A stretch of 64,000 nucleotides of DNA from Lachnospiraceae bacterium (GCA_022766905.1 JALEPU010000057.1:719-64718); one strand, 5' to 3'; shown: positions 36,782 through 47,241, counted from the stretch's first letter. The notes: a model not told the origin generated them from the letters alone. Numbers and translations are program-made.

Positions 36782-37330
36782 TTAAAAGCTTGGCGGAGTG
36801 CTGATCCAAAGAATCGAAGCAACTTTTTTGCAAGCTGAAGTTATCCGATGTTTTTTATTTGCAGGGAAAATAAAAGAATCCCCTTTTTTCACTTTATAAA
36901 CAGATTCGCCATATTGAAGCATAATAGTTCCATCCAATACGTACCCAAACTCTTCCCCCTCATGGGGCTTATCAAAGGGCATGGTCTGTCCCGGCTGCAA
37001 TTTCACCAGAATCGGTTCTAAGCTTCTGCTCTGAGCAGAGGCAATCAGCCAGGTCGTGCTGTTTTGATTGTCGTCCGTCTTTTCAAAATAATCTTCTTTG
37101 TGATACACGATCTGCAAATCATTATCTTCATGAAAAAAGTCGGATAAATTTGTTCCGAGACACTCGACAATATCCGACAGCGTTGACACAGAAGGTGCCG
37201 TAAGTCCTCGTTCTAACTGGGAAATAAATCCCTTCGTAAGCTCGGTTCTGTCTGCAAGTTCTTCCTGTGTCAGTCCATTCTGGTTTCGCAGATTCCTGAT
37301 TTTTTCTCCTATCTGCTCCTCTATATTCAT
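36782..37330 (-). CDS. XRE-family HTH + cupin transcriptional regulator (PuuR-like) heading the pot operon
   Basis: N-terminal HTH_3 (IRNLRNQNGLTQEELADRTELTKGFISQLERG) and a C-terminal cupin_2 domain. 182 aa. Confidence 0.8.
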   Translation of the reverse strand: MNIEEQIGEKIRNLRNQNGLTQEELADRTELTKGFISQLERGLTAPSVSTLSDIVECLGTNLSDFFHEDNDLQIVYHKEDYFEKTDDNQNSTTWLIASAQSRSLEPILVKLQPGQTMPFDKPHEGEEFGYVLDGTIMLQYGESVYKVKKGDSFIFPANKKHRITSACKKVASILWISTPPSF

Positions 37331-37377
37331 CTTTAACCATCCTTACTTTTACTAAACATTTTGTTTCATCCTTCTTA

Positions 37378-37405
37378 ATTATACATATACTAAATCTAAA
37401 GTCAA
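37378..37405 (-). promoter_or_regulatory. Sigma-A promoter of the regulator/pot operon
   Basis: The minus strand reads TTGACT (37405-37400), a 16-nt spacer ending in TG, then TATAAT (37383-37378). This lies about 48 nt upstream of the ATG. Confidence 0.55.
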
Positions 37406-37526
37406 CTATTATTTCTTTTTTCCTGCTTTCCATACAAAAAAGAACCTTCTAAGACAAAAAACATTCATAATCTAAGACCATAATTTCCCCTTTTTCGCAA
37501 TTTACTGCAAAGAAAAATCCATTTTA

Positions 37527-37555
37527 TATACAATCCTGTCAATCTATGTTATACT
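37527..37555 (+). promoter_or_regulatory. Extended -10 promoter for prsW
   Basis: TATACA (37527-37532), a 17-nt spacer containing TGT, then TATACT (37550-37555). It lies upstream of the AGGAGG RBS and the ATG at 37588. Confidence 0.4.
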
Positions 37556-37587
37556 TTATCAAAACAAATGATGATAGGAGGATTTTT

Positions 37588-38319
37588 ATGGCTACTTTGA
37601 TCTTTATGTATGCAGCTCTGATTCCACCCCTTTTTTTAATGTGGATGGTATACCGCCAGGATAAAGTGGAGAGAGAACCTGTCGGTCTGGTTTTACAGGT
37701 TTTTCTGCTGGGATGTATCATTCCCGTTCCTGTTATTTTCGTGGAATCGCTGTTTGAAAGTATTCTCAGCATCTTCGGAAACGGATTTCTCTATCAGCTT
37801 TTAGAGAACTTTATCGGAGTTGCCCTTGTAGAAGAATTTTTTAAATACCTGATTCTTCGGATCCGCATCTGGAATCACAAGGAGTTCAATTATCGTTTTG
37901 ATGCTATCGTATATGCAGTTGCAGCTTCCCTTGGATTTGCTGCTGTTGAAAACATTGCCTATGTTTTCAATTTTGGTATTCAGGTTGCTTTTTCCAGAGC
38001 TCTTCTTGCTATCCCCGGTCATACCATATTTGCTATTTTCATGGGGTTATATCTGGGTAAAGCAAAATACTGTGTTTATATAAGCAAAAAAGAAGAATTG
38101 GATCCGAGAACCAGGAACAATGTACTCGCAAGATCCCGCCATTACCGCCGTCTTGCTTTGCTGGTTCCCGTCCTTCTCCATGGATTTTATGATTTTGTCC
38201 TTTCGATCGACGGTATTCTTCCAGCCCTCTTATTTTTGGCTTTCGTTATTATCATGGATATTATCTCAATCCGGACGGTATCCCAGACCGGACTTCATGA
38301 TACCTCTGTTCAGGATTAA
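37588..38319 (+). CDS. prsW: PrsW-family intramembrane glutamic/metallo-protease
   Basis: Start set to the ATG at 37588 (AGGAGG 8 nt upstream). Has the EExxK motif (ALVEEFFKYL) and the HxxxD motif (LHGFYDF). Polytopic membrane protein. Confidence 0.75.
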   Translation: MATLIFMYAALIPPLFLMWMVYRQDKVEREPVGLVLQVFLLGCIIPVPVIFVESLFESILSIFGNGFLYQLLENFIGVALVEEFFKYLILRIRIWNHKEFNYRFDAIVYAVAASLGFAAVENIAYVFNFGIQVAFSRALLAIPGHTIFAIFMGLYLGKAKYCVYISKKEELDPRTRNNVLARSRHYRRLALLVPVLLHGFYDFVLSIDGILPALLFLAFVIIMDIISIRTVSQTGLHDTSVQD

Positions 38320-38408
38320 GGGATTCTTTCCACAGACAGAACCTACCCACCGCTTCATGCTCTGCGCATCTGAAGTGGGAGACTTACTTCATTCGGTTAA
38401 AAAGAAAA

Positions 38409-38475
38409 AAGACGGTAAGAAATGTTTCCGATTCCTATGGAATCCAAACTGTTCTTATCGTCTTTTCTTTTTTTC
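38409..38475. terminator. Bidirectional terminator between convergent prsW and asnA
   Basis: 13-bp stem between 38409-38421 and 38452-38464 (one G-U pair on the plus strand). An inner GATTCC/GGAATC stem is present. U-runs follow on both strands. Confidence 0.65.
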
Positions 38476-38539
38476 ATCATAAATATGTAGATGATGCAAG
38501 GGTCAAAAGATCCTGCATTCCATGCCTCAGCACGGTTCT

Positions 38540-39550
38540 TTACAGCAAATGTACTCCTTTTGCTTCTGCCTGTTCATAGATTTCATCCGGCCAGACAGAT
38601 ACCTGTACTTCTCCGATATGTGCTTTTCTTAAGAAAAACATACAGATTCTGGACTGACCGATTCCGCCTCCAATGGTATACGGAAGCTCACCGTTTAACA
38701 AAGCCTTCTGAAACGGAAGTTCGGCCCGTTCTTCACATCCTGCAATCTTAAGCTGTTTTGCAAGAGTTTCTTCATCTACACGAATACCCATAGAAGATAA
38801 TTCCAATGCAATATCCAGAACCGGATAATAGATCAGAATATCTCCGTTCAGATTCCAATCATCATAGTCCGGCGCTCTTCCATCGTGCTTTTCTCCATTG
38901 GAAAGGACACCACCAATCTGCATTAAGAAAACAGCCCCATGTTTTTTTACCGCTTCATATTCTCTTTCCTTAGGACTCATTCCCGGATAGGTATCCACAA
39001 GCTCCTGGGACGTTAAAAACGTAATTTCTTCCGGCAGGAAACATTCCACATAGCTGTATTTGTTTGCGACGTATTTTTCTGTCACACGAAGGGCTTCATA
39101 TACGGATTTCACCACATCCCGCAGAGTCTCTTCATTGCGGTCTTCTTTGTTGATGATTTTTTCCCAGTCCCACTGGTCCACAAAAATAGAATGAATATTA
39201 TCTGTATCCTCATCCCGGCGGATTGCATTCATATCCGTATAAAGTCCTTCTCCTACTTCAAATCCATAACGTTTTAAAGCCTGACGTTTCCATTTTGCCA
39301 GAGAATGAACAATCTCAAACGGCTTGTCACCCTGTTCCTTTACTCCAAAGCTTACCGGCCGCTCTACTCCGTTCAGGTTATCATTTAACCCTGATTCGGG
39401 GGATACAAATAGCGGAGCAGATACTCTTTTTAAATTCAGCTGAGTTGCCAGTTCCCGCTGAAAGAAATCCTTTACCTGCTTGATGGCAACTTCTGTCTCT
39501 TTGATTCCCAGAAGGGACTGATACCCCTTTGGAATAACAATCTGACTCAT
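38540..39550 (-). CDS. asnA: Aspartate--ammonia ligase (asparagine synthetase A)
   Basis: Start set to the ATG at 39550 (GGAGGA RBS); the tracked ORF begins at a TTG. Typical AsnA sequence (KRVSAPLFV..., GGGIGQSRICMF). Confidence 0.9.
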   Translation of the reverse strand: MSQIVIPKGYQSLLGIKETEVAIKQVKDFFQRELATQLNLKRVSAPLFVSPESGLNDNLNGVERPVSFGVKEQGDKPFEIVHSLAKWKRQALKRYGFEVGEGLYTDMNAIRRDEDTDNIHSIFVDQWDWEKIINKEDRNEETLRDVVKSVYEALRVTEKYVANKYSYVECFLPEEITFLTSQELVDTYPGMSPKEREYEAVKKHGAVFLMQIGGVLSNGEKHDGRAPDYDDWNLNGDILIYYPVLDIALELSSMGIRVDEETLAKQLKIAGCEERAELPFQKALLNGELPYTIGGGIGQSRICMFFLRKAHIGEVQVSVWPDEIYEQAEAKGVHLL

Positions 39551-39579
39551 CTTCCTGTCCTCCAATCCTTCTCTATCTC

Positions 39580-40971
39580 TTATAATTCACAGTTCTTCAC
39601 AGTTCTTGGGAATGGAATAACGTCACGAATATTACCCATACCGGTCAGATACATAACGCATCGTTCAAATCCCAGACCAAATCCTGCATGTCTTGCTGTT
39701 CCGTATTTACGAAGATCCAGATAGAAGTCATAGTCCTCTTTGTTAAGTCCCAGTTCTTCCATACGAGCAACCAGCTTATCATAATCATCTTCTCTCTGGC
39801 TGCCGCCGATAATCTCTCCAATGCCCGGAACAAGGCAATCCATGGCTGCTACTGTCTTATTGTCCTCGTTCATCTTCATATAGAACGCTTTAATTTCCTT
39901 TGGATAATCAGTTACAAAAACAGGACGTTTAAATTCTTTCTCGGTCAGGTAACGTTCATGTTCTGTCTGAAGATCACAGCCCCAGGATACTTTATATTCA
40001 AATTCATCATTATGTTTCTCTAAAATCTCAATTGCTTCTGTATATGTCACATGGGCAAAATCAGATTCTGCTACATGGTGAAGACGCTCAATCAAGCCCT
40101 TGTCCACGAATTTGTTGAAGAACTCCATCTCTTCCGGAGCATTCTCCAATACATATTGGATAATATATTTTAACATGCTTTCTGCCAGCATCATATCATC
40201 CTTCAGATCGGCAAATGCCATCTCAGGTTCAATCATCCAGAATTCTGCTGCGTGTCTGGTCGTGTTGGAATTTTCCGCACGGAAGGTAGGTCCAAAAGTA
40301 TAAATATTCTTAAACGCCATGGCATAAGTCTCACCATTTAACTGACCGCTTACGGTAAGATTGGTTGGTTTTCCAAAGAAGTCCTGACTGAAGTCGATGC
40401 TGCCATCCTCTGTTTTCGGCAGGTTATTTAAATCCAGCGTAGTAACCTGGAACATCTCTCCTGCTCCCTCACAGTCACTTCCTGTAATCAATGGTGTGTG
40501 TACATAGACAAAATCTCTTTCCTGGAAGAACTTATGAATTGCGTAAGCAATCAGAGATCTTACACGGAATACTGCCTGGAACGTATTGGTTCTTGGTCTT
40601 AAGTGAGAAATGGTTCTTAAATATTCAAAACTGTGTCTCTTTTTCTGAAGAGGGTAATCCGGGGCAGAGGCTCCTTCAATGGTAACTTCGGATGCCTGAA
40701 TCTCAAAAGGCTGTTTTGCCTGAGGTGTTGGAGTTACAGTTCCTTTTACGATGATTGCAGCTCCTACATTTAACTTTCCAATCTCTGCAAAATTAGAAAG
40801 GCTGTCTGAATAAACAACCTGAAGAGGCTCAAAAAATGTACCGTCGTTTACTACTAAGAATCCAAATGTTTTTGAATCCCTTTTACTTCTTAACCAACCG
40901 CCTATGGTCACTTCATGATTTGCATAGGTCTCCTGGTTTCTGAATAAATCTTTGATTGAGGTTAATTCCAT
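39580..40971 (-). CDS. asnS: Asparagine--tRNA ligase
   Basis: Start set to the ATG at 40971 (463 aa). OB domain plus class IIb motifs ([29 protein letters not shown]). Confidence 0.9.
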   Translation of the reverse strand: MELTSIKDLFRNQETYANHEVTIGGWLRSKRDSKTFGFLVVNDGTFFEPLQVVYSDSLSNFAEIGKLNVGAAIIVKGTVTPTPQAKQPFEIQASEVTIEGASAPDYPLQKKRHSFEYLRTISHLRPRTNTFQAVFRVRSLIAYAIHKFFQERDFVYVHTPLITGSDCEGAGEMFQVTTLDLNNLPKTEDGSIDFSQDFFGKPTNLTVSGQLNGETYAMAFKNIYTFGPTFRAENSNTTRHAAEFWMIEPEMAFADLKDDMMLAESMLKYIIQYVLENAPEEMEFFNKFVDKGLIERLHHVAESDFAHVTYTEAIEILEKHNDEFEYKVSWGCDLQTEHERYLTEKEFKRPVFVTDYPKEIKAFYMKMNEDNKTVAAMDCLVPGIGEIIGGSQREDDYDKLVARMEELGLNKEDYDFYLDLRKYGTARHAGFGLGFERCVMYLTGMGNIRDVIPFPRTVKNCEL

Positions 40972-41010
40972 GGTTAAAGCTCCTTTGCTTTTCTTTTTCA
41001 TATATATTGT

Positions 41011-41039
41011 ATAATACAATGTTGGAAGCAAAACTTCAA
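41011..41039 (-). promoter_or_regulatory. Candidate sigma-A promoter for asnS-asnA
   Basis: The minus strand reads TTGAAG (41039-41034), a 17-nt spacer, then TATTAT (41016-41011). The resulting leader is only about 30 nt. Confidence 0.4.
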
Positions 41040-41041
41040 GT

Positions 41042-42052
41042 TTATTTCAAAGTCAGATTTTCTATATTTTTTATCACGATGGTCTTTCCGCCACCCGGTT
41101 CTTCAATGACTTCCACGTTGCTTTTTGAATTATATTCTTCCATGGGAATCGTAATCTCAATTCCCGTATCGGTTAAAAGCACTTGTTTTTCCAGTTTCTT
41201 TACGGTACTTTCATTGGCTACCGTAAAAGTATCATACTGCATATCATATCGTTCCAGCACCTCGTCATAATCCTGCTTCATCTCTGCATGGTTTCCAAAA
41301 ATCTTGTCTCCGATTTCATTCACGTTAAATTCCTGGTTTTCCACAAACTCCTGCTGTAAAATGCTTTTTGCTTCCATTTTCGCATTGATATCACGGTCAT
41401 CATATTTGTTATTGATATCCTGGATCGCTTTTGTTAAAATATTCAGCTTTTTCTTTGCCGGTAAATCTGCATGACAGAAAAATACTTTTTCCGATAAATA
41501 ATTCACTTTTTCTCCATTGATTTCATATCGTTTTTCAATCAGGCGGATTTCCATGGTTTTCAGATTAATGACAGCCGCTTCCGAAAGTCTGGACGATTCC
41601 GGAGGAAGAATAATTCTCTCTTTTATAATATCATTTTGATTCTCATCCGGCTGGGTATGAATGAAATTTTCTTTATAGTTCATTTTCAGCAAAGCAAGAT
41701 GAACGGTACTCTCCACCTGAAAACTTGCCATGACAAAGTCTGCAGAAGGAATCTGACCGCTGTCACACATCACATCGAAAATACACTCTGCTATTTTTTT
41801 GCTGACCGATACATATTCTTCCTCGTTATCCTCTTCGAAGGTTTCCAGCATGGCATAAATCGGAGAATTTTCCTCATCAAATTTACACTTTTTCATATCA
41901 TCGCTGGAAATCAGTTTATAAATATGGCCCCTAATAAAGTCATTCAAATCCGGTCCAAGCTCCAGAAAGGAGTCGGATAAGCCCAGGTAGCCTTTCTGAT
42001 AATCTAAAATATGTACAATTGCTTTACGGATTATAATATCATCTTTTTGCAT
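41042..42052 (-). CDS. Nucleoid-associated protein, NdpA/YejK (37-kDa NAP) family-like
   Basis: Start set to the ATG at 42052 (GGAGGA RBS). The N-terminal [11 protein letters not shown] motif and the overall size resemble Firmicute NA37-family proteins. Assigned from memory of the family only. Confidence 0.5.
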   Translation of the reverse strand: MQKDDIIIRKAIVHILDYQKGYLGLSDSFLELGPDLNDFIRGHIYKLISSDDMKKCKFDEENSPIYAMLETFEEDNEEEYVSVSKKIAECIFDVMCDSGQIPSADFVMASFQVESTVHLALLKMNYKENFIHTQPDENQNDIIKERIILPPESSRLSEAAVINLKTMEIRLIEKRYEINGEKVNYLSEKVFFCHADLPAKKKLNILTKAIQDINNKYDDRDINAKMEAKSILQQEFVENQEFNVNEIGDKIFGNHAEMKQDYDEVLERYDMQYDTFTVANESTVKKLEKQVLLTDTGIEITIPMEEYNSKSNVEVIEEPGGGKTIVIKNIENLTLK

Positions 42053-42115
42053 CTTCCATCCTCCGTTTATCAACATTCATGACTATTTTACGGGAAAATG
42101 CAAATTCCCGCAAGA

Positions 42116-45100
42116 CTAACCTGATTTTTCATTCTGATTTCTCTTCTTCCTTTGCAAGACCCTGAAAAGAAAAAGTCCGGCAATGATAGTTCCTCCTATT
42201 CCGGATAGAACAAAATAAAATAGGTTGTGATTGGAAATCTGTACCCAAAAATCGGGAGAAATCACACAGTCCATATTCTCCATAATTCCTATATTTCCTG
42301 CTTTGTCTATGACAATAAGGCCAATCGTCTGCTTTGCTGATTTGGCTGGAAGACTTACCCCTACTGTTTCATCATCCTGATGATCAAAATCAGCTGCTGT
42401 CATTGTCTTATATTTCCTGCCATCTACCATAAGATATGCCTGGTCCAGGCAGTAATTATCCATGGCTCGAATATAAATCCGATGTTCCTCTTCCCGGTAA
42501 CCGGTTTCTTCCAGCCCGGAAATAACCCCCGTTGGTGCTGTTTTATCAATAACGAACTCTATCGTTTTGTTTTTGATTTCATTGGTCATTTTATTTGCTG
42601 CCTGATCTTCCGAATAAAAGGTAACCGTATATCGGTTTTCTTCTTCAAACACTTCTGCATTTACCTGATAATGATACTGAAACCAGCTATATTGATTTCT
42701 GGATTCTTTTACCGTATAATCAATTCCTTCCTGTAAAATCTTATTTGCGTGATTTTCATCCCGTACTGTAATTTCTTTCTTTTTTAAAGGATTCACATTT
42801 ACTTCTGTAACATCCAGTTCTGTTTCCCGATTCGAATAATATTGATCCAGTAATTCCTGCGTCTTTACTCCAAACATATAGTTAGAACCAAAACGATTTA
42901 CGGAGAACATTTTACTGACTTTTGTTTGATTTCCTGCCTTATCTGTTGCAATCAACTCCATGGTATAAATATCATCCACTTCTTCTTTTCTTCGGAAGTC
43001 TTTCCACTGCTGTGTCCTGCCATTGTGGATTGATATAGGAGCTTCCCGGTCATAGGTAACAATCCCATTCTTTTTGCCTTCTAAAGAAACGGTATACTGT
43101 TCTAAATTTGTATCAGAAAACCGAATTCCCGGCGCTACAATATCATTGTTTGCTGAATGGTCCTCAATATTGGTAATTTCACACTTCGGTCCGGTACGAT
43201 CAATGGTAAAATCTGCTGCCTTCACTTCCTGTGCTTTATTTCCTGCCAGATCTGTATAATGGAATCTTAGTGTATAGTCTCCATCGCTTCCATAATAGAT
43301 TGTGGCTTTATAAGCATCACCATCTTTCTTCCATTGGCTTACCGATGGATTTTTCATTTTCTGTCCATCATTGGAAGCTGTCATCTGATACACTACATCT
43401 GATTCACGAAAGTTGTGTTCTAAGATAGATAGCGTCGCTGTACGAGGCGATTTGTAATATTTCCCATTGGCCACATCATTGTTGTCGAAACGGATAGAAA
43501 GCACAGGTGCGGTTTTGTCAATCGTAAATGTATCTGTTTTATCCCAAACAGCAGTATTCACTGCATAGTCAGTAATGGTAAATTTTAAGTCAAAATCTCC
43601 ATCTTCTGTGTAAGAAACTGTTGCTTCGTGGCTATCCCCATTGTGGCTCCATTCACTGATTACAACACCTTTTATTCCATTTTCACCAAAGCTATCCCAT
43701 TTTACTCCATTTTCGTCAAAGTTTCTTTCTATTACGGTTATATGAGCGATTCTGATCTGATTATAATATTTTTCGTTTTGGACAGGAGCGCTGCTTGTCC
43801 AGGATACTTTTATTTCAGGTTTTTTGCTGTCAATCACATATTGTTCTTCTGCCTTTTCTGTGTATCCTGCATTATCCATATAAGAAAGTTCTACTTTTGT
43901 CGGCGCATCTTTATTAGTATGATTTACATCATTGGCCGGTATCGTTAAAGTTTGCTCCAGGACATACTGATTCTTACTTTCATTTTCTTCCTTATCATCG
44001 CTTCCTGGATTTTCTTTATCACCATGACGGATTTCAATTGACGTACCGGCTTTATATCGATAAGCGCGAATACCGGATTGACTGTCATAAATCGAAAGAT
44101 TTATCTGAACAGGTTGATTATAATAATGGATATTTCCTATCGTTCTGCTTGGTCTGGTTATCGTTGTAATCTTAACTTTGCTGGTTTTTTTGTGCTTTTC
44201 TTCCGTCTCCGATACTACCCCTTTTGGCTGCATCAGATTTCCTTCGTTCATAGAACGGTCAACTGCGTATGCCTGTATCCGGCCTTTAAAATTTTCATCC
44301 AGTATGATGGCTTTGCCGGTCCATTTTCCTAGATCATCACTTTCATTTTTTAGAACGTCCTTTTTTATGATTTGACCATTTTCATCGATTATCTGATAAC
44401 CAATGGATTTTACGCCGCTAATCTCGTCATGTGCCGTAATAAGGGCAAATATCTTGTCCTGTCCAAAATAAGAATAATGGGTATATGGCATAAAATCTAA
44501 CAGTTTACTGCCGGATTTGTTTTTGGCAAATATCATGTCACTCAACTTCGTTCCTTCTGCTTTTCCAATCACAATTTTCGGTTTCTTCCTGTCAATGGTA
44601 ATTTTATCCGACTCTTTTCCTGTTCGTTTTGCAAGATCTTCATAAAAATAGGATAGATTACAGTTTCCTTCTTCTTTCCAGGAAATTACCGTAGTCCAAA
44701 CCTGTTTTTCATTTCCTTTTTCATCCATTCTCCAGGAAGAAGACCACCCTGTCCTGCTTTTTCCAATTCTATTATCATCATAGTATTTTACGGCGCTTTT
44801 AGAACTGTCTTTCTGATAAAAATAGGTACAATAATCCAAATCAAACTCTTCTGCCCGAAAGTTCTCTTCTGTGATTGTGATTGTGATATCCGTTGATTTC
44901 TGATAATAATTTCTGCCATCCTGTATATTTTCAGGTTTTTGGTTAAAGGAAACTTCAATCACAGGATCTGTCATATCAACCGTAATGACCGGGCTTGTGT
45001 ATGTTCCGACTGTCATGCAATTTGCGGTTTCACCCTTTTCCATTTTTCTATTTAGGCTTTGGGGCTCCATCCGATTACCGGCAGGATCTGCATAAGTCAG

Positions 45101-46996
45101 GGTAAAAGTGTAATGACCTTCCTGATCAATTGGAAACTTATAGGTATATGTGCCATTCTTTTCTTTTTTCCAATCCTTCTGTTTCAAATCGTATGTGGTT
45201 ACATCAGAAACAGCGTGATCATCTGCCTTATAATTTACAACGAACAAAGGATTTTTTATCTCGGCGATATTCTCATCCATGTTTTCCTCGTTTTCAAAGT
45301 TCTTCTCTTGCAAAGAAAACGTCACATTGGTTGATTCCCGGATAAAACATTCTACTGTACTGTCTTTGATGTTCTTTCCTTCGATATCTTTTGCATCTTT
45401 ATCCGTTACATTTGTCCAGGCGTCCCCATATGTTACCTCTAATACTGGTGCTGTATGGTCAAGAATTACTTCTTTTTCCAAAACAGCAGTACCATTTGTC
45501 TCATCTAATTTGGCATGATTTCCTGCTTTATCCTGTGCAGAAATTTTAAATATCCAGGGCCCTTCTTCGTCAAAACTAAATATAAAGTCATTGTCTTTTG
45601 TATTTTTCAGCTTTCCTTCTCCGGAATCCAGCGTAAAGCCTTTTTCTGCATTTGTTTCCTGATTGATTGCTGTAACGTTCACCGACTCTTTCTCCAGATA
45701 AGTTTCGACAATAGAAAATGTCATCACAAAGTCATCGTTTTCACTATTGGTAAGAAAAACAGGACCTTTTTGATTTGTGATTTCCTGATTCTTACTGTTA
45801 TTGTAAAAATGAATGTTACAAATGACCGGAATTTCTTTGTCGACAATCAAATCCACACTGGTAAAAATGCCATTTTCAATTGTTCCCCCTATCAAATTGC
45901 TGCCTGCTGTCATTTGATTATCAGCACAGTCTTCATAAAAAAATTTCAGAACATATCGCTCAATTGGATTTGTTTCCTGGTTGGCAGTAAGGGGCTTTGC
46001 GGAAAATGTAGCAGCCGGATATGGTTTCCATGAACCATTTCCATTTTTATATTCTCCGCTTTTCCCTGTTTGAACAGAATATTCGTATGTACCGTTTAAT
46101 TCTTTCTTTTCATCATAGAAATTTTCTTCCTTCAAATAAAAAGATGGAGAAATATCATTTTTATAGTAGATAGCTTCATTTTCATAATACTTTCCGTCCT
46201 CTTCCGGCGAAAATGAAACCGATAATTCCGGAGATGAGTTATCATATTTTATTTTGTCAGTGATTCTTTCATTGCATTTGTTTCCAGCTCGATCCACTGC
46301 CCAGATTGTATAAAAATGATTTCCCTCTACACATGGAATCGAATAGTTTCCATTCATCGATAACGCTGTTTGAATATCAGAATCTTTTGTCTTTTCATCT
46401 ACGCAATAGAAAACATTCGCCACTCCATTTGCGTCATGGGCTGATACCTGAATTTTCAGATCTTCATCGTGGTACCAACCTTTTTCGTTTGCCTTTCCGC
46501 TCATCTCCCAGGAGATAATCTCCGGCATCGTTTTGTCGAAAACAAACTGAACCAAAGAGGACATCTGCTTTAGCGTAGCATCTATCTTATTTACATTTTG
46601 CATTTGAAAATAAAGAATTCCTTCTGTATCAACCTGGTCATTTTCCAACGAGGATCCACAGTCTCTCCAGTCAAGAATTGTATGGATTTCATTTTTATCC
46701 GAAATCTGAACCACTCTGAATTGATTGTAAGTAGAATTTAAGAAATGTAGTTTTGATAAATCTCTGATATAATCGATTCCGCCTTCTGTATTGCCGTATC
46801 CTTCTGATAGAAAATAATCTTCTGTTTTGGTTATATCATATTTTCCCTCTGTTTTATTTTGTTTTACAGGAATATCTGTTGCCTTTGTTTCATCGAAGGC
46901 TTTCGCTAACACAGGAAATCCAAAAACTAATTTCATAGTAAGGGTGATCGCTAAAAAATAAGCCGGCATCCATTTAAAATGTCTGTTGTTTTTCAT
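42116..46996 (-). CDS. Giant (1626 aa) surface protein: signal peptide, about 10 Ig-like beta-sandwich modules, C-terminal TM anchor
   Basis: Signal peptide PAYFLAITLTMKLVFGFPVLAKA. A recurring module-boundary signature, D-x-AGN followed by D-x-T/K-x-P, occurs 10 times. C-terminal hydrophobic helix FYFVLSGIGGTIIAGLFLF is followed by RVLQRKKRN. No LPXTG motif. Confidence 0.8.
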   Translation of the reverse strand: MKNNRHFKWMPAYFLAITLTMKLVFGFPVLAKAFDETKATDIPVKQNKTEGKYDITKTEDYFLSEGYGNTEGGIDYIRDLSKLHFLNSTYNQFRVVQISDKNEIHTILDWRDCGSSLENDQVDTEGILYFQMQNVNKIDATLKQMSSLVQFVFDKTMPEIISWEMSGKANEKGWYHDEDLKIQVSAHDANGVANVFYCVDEKTKDSDIQTALSMNGNYSIPCVEGNHFYTIWAVDRAGNKCNERITDKIKYDNSSPELSVSFSPEEDGKYYENEAIYYKNDISPSFYLKEENFYDEKKELNGTYEYSVQTGKSGEYKNGNGSWKPYPAATFSAKPLTANQETNPIERYVLKFFYEDCADNQMTAGSNLIGGTIENGIFTSVDLIVDKEIPVICNIHFYNNSKNQEITNQKGPVFLTNSENDDFVMTFSIVETYLEKESVNVTAINQETNAEKGFTLDSGEGKLKNTKDNDFIFSFDEEGPWIFKISAQDKAGNHAKLDETNGTAVLEKEVILDHTAPVLEVTYGDAWTNVTDKDAKDIEGKNIKDSTVECFIRESTNVTFSLQEKNFENEENMDENIAEIKNPLFVVNYKADDHAVSDVTTYDLKQKDWKKEKNGTYTYKFPIDQEGHYTFTLTYADPAGNRMEPQSLNRKMEKGETANCMTVGTYTSPVITVDMTDPVIEVSFNQKPENIQDGRNYYQKSTDITITITEENFRAEEFDLDYCTYFYQKDSSKSAVKYYDDNRIGKSRTGWSSSWRMDEKGNEKQVWTTVISWKEEGNCNLSYFYEDLAKRTGKESDKITIDRKKPKIVIGKAEGTKLSDMIFAKNKSGSKLLDFMPYTHYSYFGQDKIFALITAHDEISGVKSIGYQIIDENGQIIKKDVLKNESDDLGKWTGKAIILDENFKGRIQAYAVDRSMNEGNLMQPKGVVSETEEKHKKTSKVKITTITRPSRTIGNIHYYNQPVQINLSIYDSQSGIRAYRYKAGTSIEIRHGDKENPGSDDKEENESKNQYVLEQTLTIPANDVNHTNKDAPTKVELSYMDNAGYTEKAEEQYVIDSKKPEIKVSWTSSAPVQNEKYYNQIRIAHITVIERNFDENGVKWDSFGENGIKGVVISEWSHNGDSHEATVSYTEDGDFDLKFTITDYAVNTAVWDKTDTFTIDKTAPVLSIRFDNNDVANGKYYKSPRTATLSILEHNFRESDVVYQMTASNDGQKMKNPSVSQWKKDGDAYKATIYYGSDGDYTLRFHYTDLAGNKAQEVKAADFTIDRTGPKCEITNIEDHSANNDIVAPGIRFSDTNLEQYTVSLEGKKNGIVTYDREAPISIHNGRTQQWKDFRRKEEVDDIYTMELIATDKAGNQTKVSKMFSVNRFGSNYMFGVKTQELLDQYYSNRETELDVTEVNVNPLKKKEITVRDENHANKILQEGIDYTVKESRNQYSWFQYHYQVNAEVFEEENRYTVTFYSEDQAANKMTNEIKNKTIEFVIDKTAPTGVISGLEETGYREEEHRIYIRAMDNYCLDQAYLMVDGRKYKTMTAADFDHQDDETVGVSLPAKSAKQTIGLIVIDKAGNIGIMENMDCVISPDFWVQISNHNLFYFVLSGIGGTIIAGLFLFRVLQRKKRNQNEKSG

Positions 46997-47017
46997 AAAT
47001 TCCTCCTTTTCTTTTTT

Positions 47018-47233
47018 CTATATCTGCTCTTCTGTATGAATCAAGATTATTTCTTTTGTCACAGTAAAATGGACAGATGAATTCGTTGTTTTTCCGGTCA
47101 AATATTGAAATACCTTGTCAATTCGATATTTCCAAAACAGAAAAATATCAAGTATGAGCAGTAATAAGAATAGAATGAGACAGACGAAAAAAATAGTCTG
47201 ATATAAATTGATTTGATATTTCATTGTTTCCAT
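47018..47233 (-). CDS. 71-aa single-TM protein with a Thr/Ser-rich C-terminal tail
   Basis: TM helix IFFVCLILFLLLLILDIFLFW, followed by KYRIDK and TGKTTNSSVHFTVT. Wedged between the kinase gene (8-nt gap) and the giant gene (21-nt gap). Confidence 0.5.
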   Translation of the reverse strand: METMKYQINLYQTIFFVCLILFLLLLILDIFLFWKYRIDKVFQYLTGKTTNSSVHFTVTKEIILIHTEEQI

Positions 47234-47241
47234 TCTTTACG

